Positions 10,229-20,548 of a stretch of DNA of 64,000 nt are shown here, piece after piece (the stretch's first letter is position 1; each line of letters begins with the position of its first letter). Location: contig CAWEQC010000003.1 in assembly GCA_963811145.1 (NCBI GenBank), positions 785,511 through 849,510 on the forward strand, written 5' to 3'. The notes beneath the pieces were generated by a model. The model searched no databases. It worked only from the letters and a program-made list of their open reading frames with translations, and had not been told where the DNA came from. Both the position numbers and the translations under genes were made by a program. Source of the DNA: an uncultured Chloroflexia bacterium (GTDB taxonomy: Bacteria; Chloroflexota; Limnocylindria; QHBO01).

Positions 10229-11248
10229 CTAGGGCACCAGCACCAGGCGGCCTGAGACGTCGCCGGCCCGCAGTCTGCGGTGCGCGGTCGCGGCCTCGAC
10301 GAGCGGCAGCGCCTCCACCTCCCAGCGCAGGCGGCCGGCCTCGGCCAGGGCCACGACTCGCCGAAGATCATCGACGGAGCCCCACGCAACCGTGGTCAGC
10401 CACGACTCGATCGGGACGTCGTCGAAGCCGAAGGCCGATGAGCCGCCCGCCTCGCCGACGAGCAGCACCAGCCCGCCCGGCCCGACGACCGCGGTCGCGT
10501 GTGCCAGCGTGTCATCGGTCCCGACGAAGTCCAGCACGACATTCGCCCGACCTCCGAGCGCCTCGATCGAGCCCGACGGCTCACCGGCCAGCAGCGTGAC
10601 GTCCGCGCCGAGCTCCTTCGCGGCCGCCAGGCGCGCCGGCGACAGCTCGCTCACGCCGACGATCAGCTGGACGCCGGCTTCGGGCACCATTCGCAGGTAC
10701 TGGAGGGCGAACTGACCGAGCCCTCCACAACCGATGAGCAGCACGCGAGCGCCCGCCACGAGCCAGGGCTCGGCGCGCCGGACCGCGCGGTACGGCGTGA
10801 TGCCTGCATCGCCGAGGGGCGCCGCTCGCACCGGATCGAGGTCGCGCAACGGCACGAGGTGGCGCGAGTGCGGGACGAGCATCGCCTCCGCGTAGCCGCC
10901 ATCCGCCTGGAAGCCGGGCGCCACCGAGCGTTCGCAGCGCTGCTCGTCACCGGCCCGACATTCGCTGCACTCCCCGCAGCCCCAGCCGCCATGGACGACG
11001 ACCGGATCGCCGATCCGAAGGCCGGTCTCGACATCCGGACCCATGGCGTCCACCCAGCCGGCGACCTCGTGGCCGAGCGTCACCGGCAGCTCGACCCGCG
11101 TCTGGACGCCGTCGACGATGTGCAGGTCGGTGTGGCACACCCCGCAGCCGGCGATCCTGATCCGAACCTCGCTGCCCGCCGGCTCGGGCAGGGGCAGCTC
11201 CTCGATGCGCAGCTCCTCGTGAGCCGCGTGGAGCCGCACCGCGCGCAT
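10229..11248 (-). CDS. Zinc-dependent alcohol dehydrogenase (MDR family)
   Basis: GVCHTDLH, LGHEVAG, CGECSEC-x7-C structural Zn site, GCGGLG Rossmann motif. Confidence 0.92.
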   Translation of the reverse strand: MRAVRLHAAHEELRIEELPLPEPAGSEVRIRIAGCGVCHTDLHIVDGVQTRVELPVTLGHEVAGWVDAMGPDVETGLRIGDPVVVHGGWGCGECSECRAGDEQRCERSVAPGFQADGGYAEAMLVPHSRHLVPLRDLDPVRAAPLGDAGITPYRAVRRAEPWLVAGARVLLIGCGGLGQFALQYLRMVPEAGVQLIVGVSELSPARLAAAKELGADVTLLAGEPSGSIEALGGRANVVLDFVGTDDTLAHATAVVGPGGLVLLVGEAGGSSAFGFDDVPIESWLTTVAWGSVDDLRRVVALAEAGRLRWEVEALPLVEAATAHRRLRAGDVSGRLVLVP

Positions 11249-11260
11249 GGCCTCTGCGCC

Positions 11261-11779
11261 TCAGGAGCCGGTTGCGGCGTCCTCGGCGGCGGCCGGGATC
11301 GGCTCGGAGAGCGCCTGCATCGCCTGGTCGACCAGCGACTCGGGATCCACGCGCTCGATGACGGCCCTGACGATCCCCTCGCGGTCGACGGCCAGCGCGA
11401 CCGGCTGCGCGACGTTGACGTTCTCGCCGTCGGCGACGGTCGGGATGCCGACCACCTCGACCGCACTGCGTCGCTCGTCGCTCAGCAGCAGGAATGGGAG
11501 CTTCTGCTGTGCGGCGAACTCGGCCTGCTGCTCCACCGAGTCGCAGCTGACGCCGACGACCGCGATGCCGGCCTCGTGCAGTCGCTGGTAGCCGGTCGTG
11601 AGGGCCTCGAGCGCCTTCATGCCGCGGCGGCGTGCGGCAGCGCTCAGCGTCGGAGCTCCGAAGAAGAGGATCACGGCCGGCTGCTTGGTGACGAAGGTGC
11701 GCAGGTTCAACAGGTACCCGTCGGTGGCCCGCAGCCCGACCGACGGCAGTGGGTCGCCAACCGCCAGCTTCAAGCTCAT
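11261..11779 (-). CDS. AhpC/TSA (BCP-like) fold protein lacking the canonical peroxidatic Cys
   Basis: LAVGDPLP, VILFF, VVGVSCDS, FAAQQKLPFLLLSD match BCP; the PxxxTxxC site is replaced by GAPTLSAAARRR. Confidence 0.75.
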   Translation of the reverse strand: MSLKLAVGDPLPSVGLRATDGYLLNLRTFVTKQPAVILFFGAPTLSAAARRRGMKALEALTTGYQRLHEAGIAVVGVSCDSVEQQAEFAAQQKLPFLLLSDERRSAVEVVGIPTVADGENVNVAQPVALAVDREGIVRAVIERVDPESLVDQAMQALSEPIPAAAEDAATGS

Positions 11780-12685
11780 GCGCCGATTGTAGCGGCGCCC
11801 AGCCGGACGATGCCTCCCGAGCGATGGGCCAGGCCGTCGCGCTCGAGCGCCTCCATGACCCGCAGCCACCCTGCATCGTCGAGCTCAGGGCCGATGCGCC
11901 GCTGCTCAGTCGCCAGGCCCGCCCGCAGGTCGCGGTCCTCCAGCGCGTGGCCGGGAGCCGCGGACAGGATGCGCATCGTCGCGCCCCGGTAGGCGCGGTC
12001 GGAGCCGCGCAGCGTCGCCTGGCGCGGCACCGGGATCGCGGCCGCCGCGCCTCGCGAGGGGCAGCCACTCGGCGATCGGGCATTCGCCGCAGCGCGGGTC
12101 GCTCGAGCGGCAGATCGCGGCACCGAACTCCATCGTCGCGTGCGTCCAGGCGGCCACGCTGGTCGACCGGCCGGGGGCGGCCAAGGCATCGGCCAGGGCC
12201 TGCAGGCGACCCGGCTGGTCGGGGCCGCCGAACCGCCGCAGGAGCCAGCGGCGCACGTTCGTGTCGACGACCCCGACCGGCGTGCCGAAGGCGAGCGATG
12301 CAACGGCGCGCGCCGTGTAGGGGCCGATGCCGGGCAGGCGGGCCAGCCCGGCCACGTCGCGCGGCCAGCCATCGCGGGCGACGATCGTCGCCGTCCTCTG
12401 GAGGGCAAGCGCTCGTCGGTTGTAACCGAGGCCGCTCCAGGCGGCGAGGACCTCCGCCGACGACGCGTTCGCCAGCGCCGCCGCGGTGGGGAAACGGGCC
12501 ATGAACGGCGGAAAGCGCGCGGCGATCCGCGACGCCTGCGTCTGCTGGAGCATCACCTCGCTGACCAGCACGGCGAACGGGTCGTGGGTCTCCCGCCACG
12601 GAAAGTCGCGGTGGCCGGCCGCATACCAGTCGAGCAGAGCGCGCCGCACGCGCCCACGGGTGGCCGGGCTTGGATGGGCGGACAC
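11776..12685 (-). CDS. mutY: A/G-specific adenine glycosylase, short form (one apparent frameshift near 12060)
   Basis: RDFPWR, VLVSEVMLQQT, WSGLGYNRRA, HhH LPGIGPYTA, VDTNVRR, Fe-S motif C-x6-C-x2-C-x5-C across the frameshift. Confidence 0.9.
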
Positions 12686-12750
12686 ACCGGCAGCGTAGCA
12701 AGGACCGCCCGAGCGCATCGGCGTCGCATGGTGCGCTACCGTTGCGGGCC

Positions 12751-13537
12751 ATGGGCTCCTACCGACTGCTCTGTCTCGACGCGGGATTCACGCTCCTGTC
12801 GCCGCGCCCGACCCTGGTCGACGCGCTGGCCGGCGTGCTCATGCCCGACGGCCGCCCGATCACCGAGGAGGACCTCCGCGCCGCGTGGGAGGACTCGGAT
12901 CGCTGGTTCTGGGACGAGTACCACCGGCCCGACAACGACACCTGGACCGATGACGGCCGCATCGAGGAGTACTGGCGTCGATACCACAGCATCCTGCTCG
13001 AACGCATCGGCGTCGAGGCCCATCGCGAGGTGCTCGACCGCATCCTGGCCAGCCAGTTCTCGACCGATGCGTGGGAGCTCTACCCGGACGTCGAGCCGAT
13101 GCTGGCGCGATGTCAGCGCGCTCGGCACGGTGACGATCGGGATCGTCAGCGACTGGGGCTCGAACCTGCGTCCGATCGTCGGCGAGCTCGGCCTCGACCG
13201 CTACCTCGACTTCGTCCTGCCCTCGGGAGCGGTCGGCGTGGCCAAGCCGAATCCGGCCTTCTTCCGCATGGCGCTCGACCGTGCCGGGGTGCGGCCCGAC
13301 GAGGCGCTGATGGTCGGCGACTCGTATCGGGCCGACGTCCAGGGCGCGTGGGGTGCGGGAATGGACGCCGTCTGGCTGGATCGGCACGAGGGGATCCGCA
13401 TCACGCCGGACGGCGAGCCGGTGCCCACGGACGTGCGCATCGTCCACTCCCTCGACGAGCTGCCCGAGATCGTGCGCGCGGGCGGTCCGCTGCCGCGCGG
13501 CGAGGTGAGCATGGCCGACCAGCCGGCCACCGCCTGA
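12751..13537 (+). CDS. HAD-superfamily hydrolase (frameshift near 13110)
   Basis: Motif I LDAGFTL; IGIVSDW; AKPNPAFF; MVGDSYRADVQGA. Confidence 0.85.
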
Positions 13538-13547
13538 GGCCGGCAGC

Positions 13548-14565
13548 GTGACCCGGCAGACGTCGTCCGAGATCGTCGTCGACAAGTTCGGCGGATCGGT
13601 CCTGCGCCGCCCCGAGGACATCGCCGCGGCGGTGGACGTCGTCGCCCGCCAGCTGGCGGCGGGCCTGCGCCCGGTCGTCGTGGTCAGCGCGTTCGAAGGG
13701 GTGACCGATACGATCCTGGGCGCGGCGCGCGTCCTGCTGCCCGACCGGGGCGACTCGCTGCGAGCGCCGGGCCACGCCGCCGACTCGGGGCTCGCGCGCG
13801 AGACGGATCGGGCGCTGGCCACGGGGGAGGCGCTCTCGGCCTCGCTCTTCGCGCTCGGCCTGCAGGGTCGCGGCATCCCGGCTCGCGTCGTTCTCCGGTG
13901 CCGAGGCCGGCATCCGCACCGCGGCGGCGCACCTTGGCGCCGAGGTCCGTCGCGTGCTGTCGCGACCGCTGCGTGCCGCGCTCAACGACGGCCTCGTGCC
14001 GGTGGTCGCCGGATTCCAGGGGATCGGCACCCACGGCGAGCTGACGACGCTCGGTCGCGGTGGCACCGACCTGTCGGCCGTCGCGTTGGCGGTGGCGCTG
14101 CGCGCCGATCGCTGCGAGCTGTTCAAGGACGTCGGAGGGATCCTCGACGCCGATCCGCACCTGGTGCCGGCGCTCGCTTCCTGCCGTTCGTGGATGCGCT
14201 TCAGCTCGAGCTGCTGGCCGAGATGGGCGCCGAGGTCGTCCATCCGGTGGCGGTCCGACGAGCGCGCCGCGGCCGGCTGCTGCTGGTGGTGCGCGCGATC
14301 GAGGATGACGCGCCGCAGACGGTCGTCCGTCCGTCGTCGCGCGACGAAGGCGGGCGTGCTCATGCTCGCCGTCGATCAGAAGGAGCGCATGGCCCGCATC
14401 AGCCTGGTGGGGCCGGCGTCGATGACTCCCGAGGTGCTGCCGCTGCCGGCCCACGGTGAGGGCGCGTTCGACGAGGGTGGGATGCGCGTGGTGTGGGCCG
14501 AGGTGCCGGTCGCGTCGGCCGGCGTTGCCGCTCAGCGCGTCCATGCCGCGCTGATGGCGACCTGA
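13548..14565 (+). CDS. lysC: Aspartate kinase family protein (frameshifted)
   Basis: KFGGS, VVVVSAF, ATGEALSA, VPVVAGFQG, TTLGRGGTDLSAVALA, KDVGGILDADP, LAEMGAEVVHP spread over three frames. Confidence 0.82.
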
Positions 14566-14614
14566 GGCTCGATCGACCGATGGACGGGCGCGAGGCCCGC
14601 CCAGCAGGTCGCGT

Positions 14615-15372
14615 TCAGCGGCGTCGGGAGCGCGAGCGGCGCACCGCCACCAGGGTGAGCCCGGCGGACCCGCCCAGGAGGAGCGCGCCGGCGAGGAGCG
14701 CCAGCGACGAGACCGCAGGCATCCATCGCCGTGTCGGGCAGGAGCGCGGCCGGACCGCCGCTGCTGCCTGCCGGTGCCCGAGCGCGGATCGGGTTGTTGC
14801 CCGGGAGCGTTCCACCGCCACCACCGTTACCACCGCCGGGTGGATTCACGGGCGTGCTGTCTCGCACGGCTCGACCCAGAAGACCTTGTGCTTGGTGTCC
14901 GCGCCCTGCGATCCGGGTGCGTGGATCGTCAGCTTGACGTGGTAGCCCTGCTGGGGATGGCGGGTACGCGCGTGAACGCCACGGTCAGATACGTCTCCGA
15001 CTTGCGTCGTGGCCGGCCTCGCTGCCACCGCCGCTGTTGTCATCCTCGCCGATGACGGCGTGAGGCTTCCGGTCGTCACGGACATCGTCCGCCCGGCTGC
15101 CGGTCGGCGCGATGCGACTCGAAGATGACCTGCGCGAGTACGTGGGGTCGCCGATCGCCTGCGTCGAATCCGTAGAAGTCGACCTGGAAGACGCAGCCAA
15201 CGTGCGGCTCGTTGTTGGGGTGGATGTCCCACTCGACGCCGTCGATCTTGACCGTGCCGTTGTTGCCCGGCGGGTTCTTGGCCGCTACCGGTGCCGCGAC
15301 GACGAGCGCCAGCAGCATCGACAGCGTGAGGATCGTCAAGCCGGCCGACCGCCGGGTACGAAGTGGCAGCAT
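14615..15372 (-). CDS. Secreted protein with G/P-rich linker and C-terminal LPDTA sorting-like signal (frameshifted)
   Basis: RBS GGAGGG; signal peptide MLPLRTRRSAGLTILTLSMLLALVVAAPVAA; segments PPGNNGTVKID, QGYHVKL, KHKVFWVE; ends LPDTA, hydrophobic helix, RRSRSRRR. Confidence 0.65.
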
Positions 15373-15541
15373 CGTCGCCCTCCCTGGTCTGCGGGCCCGG
15401 CAGGCTGCCTGGCTCCGCATCGAACGTAGCCGATGGTCCTGTCGACCGGTAGTACCTTTGGAGGTGCGGTCGGCATGGGTCCGCGCCGGTCCCCGACGGT
15501 GCGGTGAGCAGGCCGTTGCCGCTGGGCACCGGGTTTTTGCG

Positions 15542-16507
15542 CTATCCGGAGACCGCCTCGTGGTCCGCGGCGGTCGTCCCGCCGACCTGGAGCAGGACGG
15601 CCGCCAGCAGGATCAGCGCGCCGCCCGCCAGCTGGAGGAGGTGCCGGCTGCTCGCCGAGCAGCCAGGCCGCCAACGCCACGCCGACGACCGGCTCGAGGG
15701 TGGCGAGGATCGCGGCGCGCGGGGCGCCCAGCAGCCGGATGCCGGTGATGAAGCAGACGGTCGGGATCGCCGCGCCGATGAAGCCGGCAAGGAGGATGAG
15801 CACCGAACGCCTCGCCGCTGGCCGCGGGCGCGCCGAGGGAGGCGAGCTGCCCGGTGACGAGCGGCGATGACCAGGTAGCCGAGCGCCGCGCCACCCATGG
15901 TCATCGGCCGCCGCCTCGATCGGTGGAACGCGGGCGAAGCCGTGGCGCGCCGCGAGGACGTAGAAGGCCTGCGCCAGCGCGGCCAGGAACGCCAGGCCGA
16001 TGCCGGCCGGCATCGAGGGTCGCCGACGCCGCCCGAGCCGGACAGGGTGAGCGCGAGGCCCGAGCATCGACAGGCCGAGGGCGGACCAGCGCACGGCGTC
16101 GAGACGCTCGCCGAACCAGAGCACCGATGCCAGCGCAACGAACGCCGGGTAGCTGTAGAAGACGAGCAGCGCGAGGCCGATCTCGATCCGGACGAAGGCG
16201 ATGAACATCGCCAGGTTGAGGACGAGGTTCGCCATCGAGGCCGCGCCGATGAACAGGCGGTCGCGCCTTGGAACCGCGCCGAGCGAGAGCGCGCGGCGGC
16301 CGGCGGCGCCGCGCAGGACGAGCAGCAGGAGCAGCATCGCCGTGGCGCCGATCCCGGCCCGCCAGGCGACGATCGCCAGCGAACCGACGCCGGCGTCGTC
16401 GGCGAAGCGGGTGATCGGGCCGAGCGTGCCGAAGCACACCGCGGCCAGGGCGACCAGGCCGGCCCCGAGCCACCCGCTCGATCCCGTCCGGGCGAGCGGA
16501 CGGTCAC
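15542..16507 (-). CDS. EamA/DMT family transporter (frameshifted)
   Basis: Multi-TM; FYSYPAFVAL...LWFGERL and RAAILATLEPVVGVALAAWLLGE motifs. Confidence 0.85.
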   Translation of the reverse strand: MTVRSPGRDRAGGSGPAWSPWPRCASARSARSPASPTTPASVRWRSSPGGPGSAPRRCCSCCSSCAAPPAAARSRSARFQGATACSSARPRWRTSSSTWRCSSPSSGSRSASRCSSSTATRRSLRWHRCSGSASVSTPCAGPPSACRCSGLALTLSGSGGVGDPRCRPASAWRSWPRWRRPSTSSRRATASPAFHRSRRRPMTMGGAALGYLVIAARHRAARLPRRARGQRRGVRCSSSLPASSARRSRPSASSPASGCWAPRAPRSSPPSSRSSAWRWRPGCSASSRHLLQLAGGALILLAAVLLQVGGTTAADHEAVSG

Positions 16508-18509
16508 TCGCTGCCGACCAGCTGAGGCTCCTCGGCCTTCTCCAGCTCGGCGCGGAGGTCGGCCAGCTCCGGCCCGATCGCGTCGGTTCGGTCACGCAGC
16601 GCGTTGTGGCGCTCGACCAGCGATCGGACGAGGGATGGCATCGGCGTAGGTGGTCGGGTCGGAGAGCCGCTCGGTGATCTCGGCCAGCTCCCGCTCCGCT
16701 TCGACGGCTTCAGCCTCGGTCCTGGCGACCGTCGATCGCAGCTCTCGGGTGCGCCGATGACGAGCGTTGCGCTCCTCGGCCTCGCGCCGCTTCCGATCCA
16801 CGGCTGCCCTGGCGGACTCTCGCGGCTTCGGCGTGCCGGCCACGACGCCGCGCGGCGTCGAGCGCGCGCCCTCCACCGCCCCGCGCGTCTCGATGTCGAC
16901 GCCCCGCTTGGCGGCGTAGTACTCGAAGTCGCCGGGATACACGACGGCCTTTCCGTCGTTGACCTCGATGATCGTGTTGGCGACGCTGCGGATCAGGTAT
17001 CGGTCGTGGGTGATGAGCACGATGGTGCCGTTGAACGCGTTCAGCGCATCCTCGAGCACGTCGCGCGACTGGATGTCCAGGTGGTTGGTCGGCTCGTCGA
17101 GGCAGAGCAGGTTCGCTGGATCGGCCAGCAGCTTGGCCAGTGCCAACCTCGTCTGCTCGCCGCCGGACAGGACGCCGACCTGCTTCTCGACCGCCTGGCC
17201 GCTGAACAGGAACGCGCCGAGCAGCTTGCGCATGTCGGTGGTGGACATCATCGGCGCGGCGTCGTTCAGCTCGTTGAAGACCGTGTTGTCCGGGTTGAGC
17301 GCCTCGATCTGGTGCTGCGCGAAGTAGGCGACCCGCACGTTGCTCCCCAGCTCTCGAGAACCTCCTTCGAACTCGAGCACCCCGGCCAGGATCTTGAGCA
17401 GGGTCGACTTGCCGGCACCATTGGGGCCGATGAGCGCCACCTTCTGGCCACGCTCGAGCGTGAGGTTCAGGTTGCCCGGGTAGACGACGTTGTCGCCGTA
17501 TCGCTTCTCGATGTCGGTGAGCGTGATCACCGTCCGGCCGCTGCGCGCCGGGGCGGGAAATCGGAACTTCACTGACTTCGCACGCGCGCCGGGCGAAGCG
17601 ACGCGGTCCATTCGTTCGAGAGCCTTGACGCGGGACTGCACCTGGCGCGCCTTCGAGGCCTTGTATCGGAATCGGTCGATGAAGGCCTGGGTATGAGCGA
17701 TCTTTCGCTGCTGGTTCTTGGCCGCCGCCTCCAGCTGGATGATCCGCTCCGTGCGCTGCTCGACGAAGTCGGCGTAGTCGCCGACGTACTCGGTGGCGCG
17801 CTCGTCGTGGAGCTCGACCACGCGGTTGGCGATCTCGTTGATGAAGTCCCGATCATGGCTGACCAGCACGACCGCGCCGGCGTAGTCGGCCAGGAAGGTC
17901 TGGAGCCACTCGACGCTCGCCAGGTCGAGGTGGTTCGTCGGCTCGTCGAGGAGCAGCACGTCCGGGTTCTGGAGCAGGAGGCGCGCGAGCGCCACGCGCA
18001 TCATCCATCCGCCGGAGAACTCGCCCATGTCGCGCTCGACGTCGGCATCGGCGAACCCGAGACCCGGCAAGGATGCGCCGCGCCTCCGACTCGATGCCGT
18101 AGCCACCGAGCGCCTCGAACCGATGCTGGAGGCGCCCGTACTCGTCCATCAGCTCGACGAGCTCCTCCTCGTCGTCCGCGTCCTCCATCTCTGACTCGAT
18201 GTGGCGCATCCGGCGCTCGATGCCGCTCACCTCGCCGGCCCCGGCCAGCACCTCGGCCAGCACGCTCCGCCCGCGGCTCTCGGCCACCTCCTGGCGCAGG
18301 TAGCCGATGACGACCTCGCGGGCTCGGGTGATCGTTCCGGCGTCGGGCTCCTGGTCGCCGGTGATGAGCTCGAGCAGCGTGGTCTTGCCGGCCCCGTTGG
18401 GACCGACGATCGCGATTCGACGCCCAGCGCTGATCATCAGGCCGACGTCGCTGAAGAGGTGCTGCGCGGCGTGGCTCTTCGACACGCCGGCGATGGTCAC
18501 GAGGCTCAT
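16504..18509 (-). CDS. ABC-F family ATP-binding protein (frameshifted)
   Basis: Two ABC cassettes ([27 protein letters not shown] and [25 protein letters not shown]), linker [18 protein letters not shown], no TM segments. Confidence 0.92.
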
Positions 18510-18580
18510 GGGGCGTTGTGCATGGTAGCGGGGGAGCGAAGCGCGCTGGCGACCGTCGGTTCCGGGCTCCGCACACTGTC

Positions 18581-18618
18581 GTCACGAGTTATATCAGTAG
18601 TGATACATCGGCTGACAG
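18581..18618. repeat. 38-bp AT-rich imperfect palindrome, copy 1
   Basis: GTCACGAGTTATATCAGTAGTGATACATCGGCTGACAG; matches 33671-33708 at 35/38 positions in the same orientation. Confidence 0.85.
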
Positions 18619-18654
18619 CCGCGAACACGGCCGACCGGGGAGGTCCAGCTGACC

Positions 18655-19565
18655 TTAGTCGGCGACGAGCTTGGCTCCGGTCGTGTCGAACCGAAGGCGC
18701 GTGGCCATGCCCGGGACGCCGGAGGCGTTCCACGCCTTCTCGACGGCGTGCGCGTTGGTGGGCGAGTCGCAGATGGCGAGGACGGTCGGGCCGGCCCCGG
18801 AGAGGCACGCGCCGGCCGCGCCACGCTCGTAGGCCAGCTCGATCAGCTCGCGGCTGCCCGGCAGGCGCGGAAGCCGGTAGGGCTGATGAAGCTCATCGGT
18901 CATCGCGCTGCGCAGCAGGCCGGCGTCCGACGTCATGATCGCCGTCGCCAGCAGCGCGCTGCGCCCGCCTGGCGTGCCGCGGCAGCGTGCTCGACCATGG
19001 CCGGCAGCGCCGCGCGCATGTCCCGGGTGCGGCTCTCGCGCTGCGGGATGAACGCGACCGGGATCCATGCCTCGGGCGCGCGGAAGCGACGGAGCGTGAC
19101 GCGCTCGTCGTCGGCGACGGCGACCGTGAAGCCGCCGTACAGCGCGGCCGCCACGTTGTCGGGGTGGCCCTCGAGGGCGGCCGCCATGGCGAGCAGCTCG
19201 TCGGCCTCGACCGTCTGACGGCCGACGGCGGCGCCGAGCACGACGCCGGCGACGATCGCGGCGGCACTGCTGCCGAGCCCGCGCGCGGCCGGGATCATGC
19301 TCGAGACCTCGAGCCGCCACGAGGCGCCGCCCGGGGCGGACGACGCGCGCAGGCCGTCGCGGAAGGCCCGGATCAGGAGGTTCTCGTCTGCCGGCTCATC
19401 GTCCCGCGGCGCACCCTCACCTCGGGCGTTGAGCACGATGCCCGCCTCGTCGCCGTGCCACAGCTCGGCGCGCAGCTTCAGGGACAGCGCGGCCGCGAAG
19501 CAGTCGAAGCCGCTCCCGAGGTTGGCGCTCGAGGCGGGAACATCGACGCTGGCGATCGGCGGCAT
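18655..19565 (-). CDS. thrB: Homoserine kinase (frameshift near 18960)
   Basis: VPASSANLGSGFD, IPAARGLGSSAAAIV, EGHPDNVAAALYGG, DELHQPYR, LSGAGPT. Confidence 0.93.
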
Positions 19566-19589
19566 GCGCTGGCGAGTATAGGGTCGCGA

Positions 19590-19605
19590 CTACGTCATCC
19601 GGCCG
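19590..19605 (+). promoter_or_regulatory. Candidate response-regulator binding motif, copy 1
   Basis: CTACGTCATCCGGCCG; the same core recurs at 24850-24861 and inverted at 31926-31941, each upstream of a gene start. Confidence 0.5.
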
Positions 19606-19689
19606 GTCGGTCGCTCGGCCAACGTCGGGGTCGAAGCGAGACATCTCGCGGTGGGACGCACGGCGGCCGGCGCGCTCGACACTCCGGCC

Positions 19690-20171
19690 ATGCAACGAGC
19701 CGCTCGCGCCAAGGCTGCCGCCGCGTCGCCGCCCCGCCGCCCCGAGGCGGAGGCCGCACTGCGGGAGGACCCGGTCGTCTGGATGAGCTCCATCCAGGCC
19801 GATGGTCGCCCGCACCTGGTGCCCGTCTGGTTCCATTGGGACGGAGAGCGGATCGTCGCCTTCAGCAAGCCTCGCGCTCGCAAGGTCGACAATCTTCGCG
19901 ACGAGCCGCGCGTGATGCTGGCCGTCGGGACTCCCGGCCCGGACTTCGAGGTCGAGCTGATCGAGGCCACCGCGGAGCTTCCCGATGCTCCGGCAGCCGA
20001 CGTGATGCCCGCCGGCTTCGGCGTGAAATATCGAGAGCTGCTGCGCCGTGCCGAACCTGACCGTGCAGCGATTCGCCGAGGTCTACTCGCAGCCGATCGT
20101 GCTGCGTCCGACGCGCTTCCTCGGGCTACGGCGGCCGCGGATGGGCCGAGGGCGCAGCCGCCGCAAGCTGA
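19690..20171 (+). CDS. Pyridoxamine 5'-phosphate oxidase-like (PPOX class, putative F420-dependent) protein (frameshift near 20055)
   Basis: VVWMSSIQADGRPHLVPVWFHWDG, RKVDNLRDEPRV. Confidence 0.8.
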
Positions 20172-20183
20172 AGCGCTCGCGGG

Positions 20184-20548
20184 TCAGCCGGAGGGCCGAG
20201 CGCGCTCGACGGCCGTGATGAGGTCGTCGAAGCCGAATGGCTTGGCCACGAAGGCCGATGCCGCGATCTCGGCCGCCCAGCGCGCCGCGTCGCGCGCGGC
20301 GGTCATGACCACGATCGGCGTGCGATGGCCGCGTCGCCGCAGCTCACGTTCGAAGCCCCAGCCGTCGAGCACCGGCATCCGCATGTCGAGCAGGATGAGG
20401 TCCGGCTCCTGCTCGCTCGATGGCGCGGAGCGCGTCGACGCCGTTGGCCGCCTCGTCGACGTCGATAGCCCTCGATCTCGAGCATGGCTGAGACAGTGGC
20501 GCGGATGTCGGCCTCGTCGTCGACGATCAGCACGCGTACCTCAGGCAT
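20184..20548 (-). CDS. Single-domain response regulator (frameshifted)
   Basis: [35 protein letters not shown]. Confidence 0.85.

Noticed and set aside
18581-18618. 38-bp element as a dif site, integron attC or leader peptide (ATG TAT CAC TAC TGA on the minus strand)
   Set aside because: No XerD-arm (TTATGTTAAA-like) or RYYYAAC/GTTRRRY match, and the ATG is lost in copy 2.
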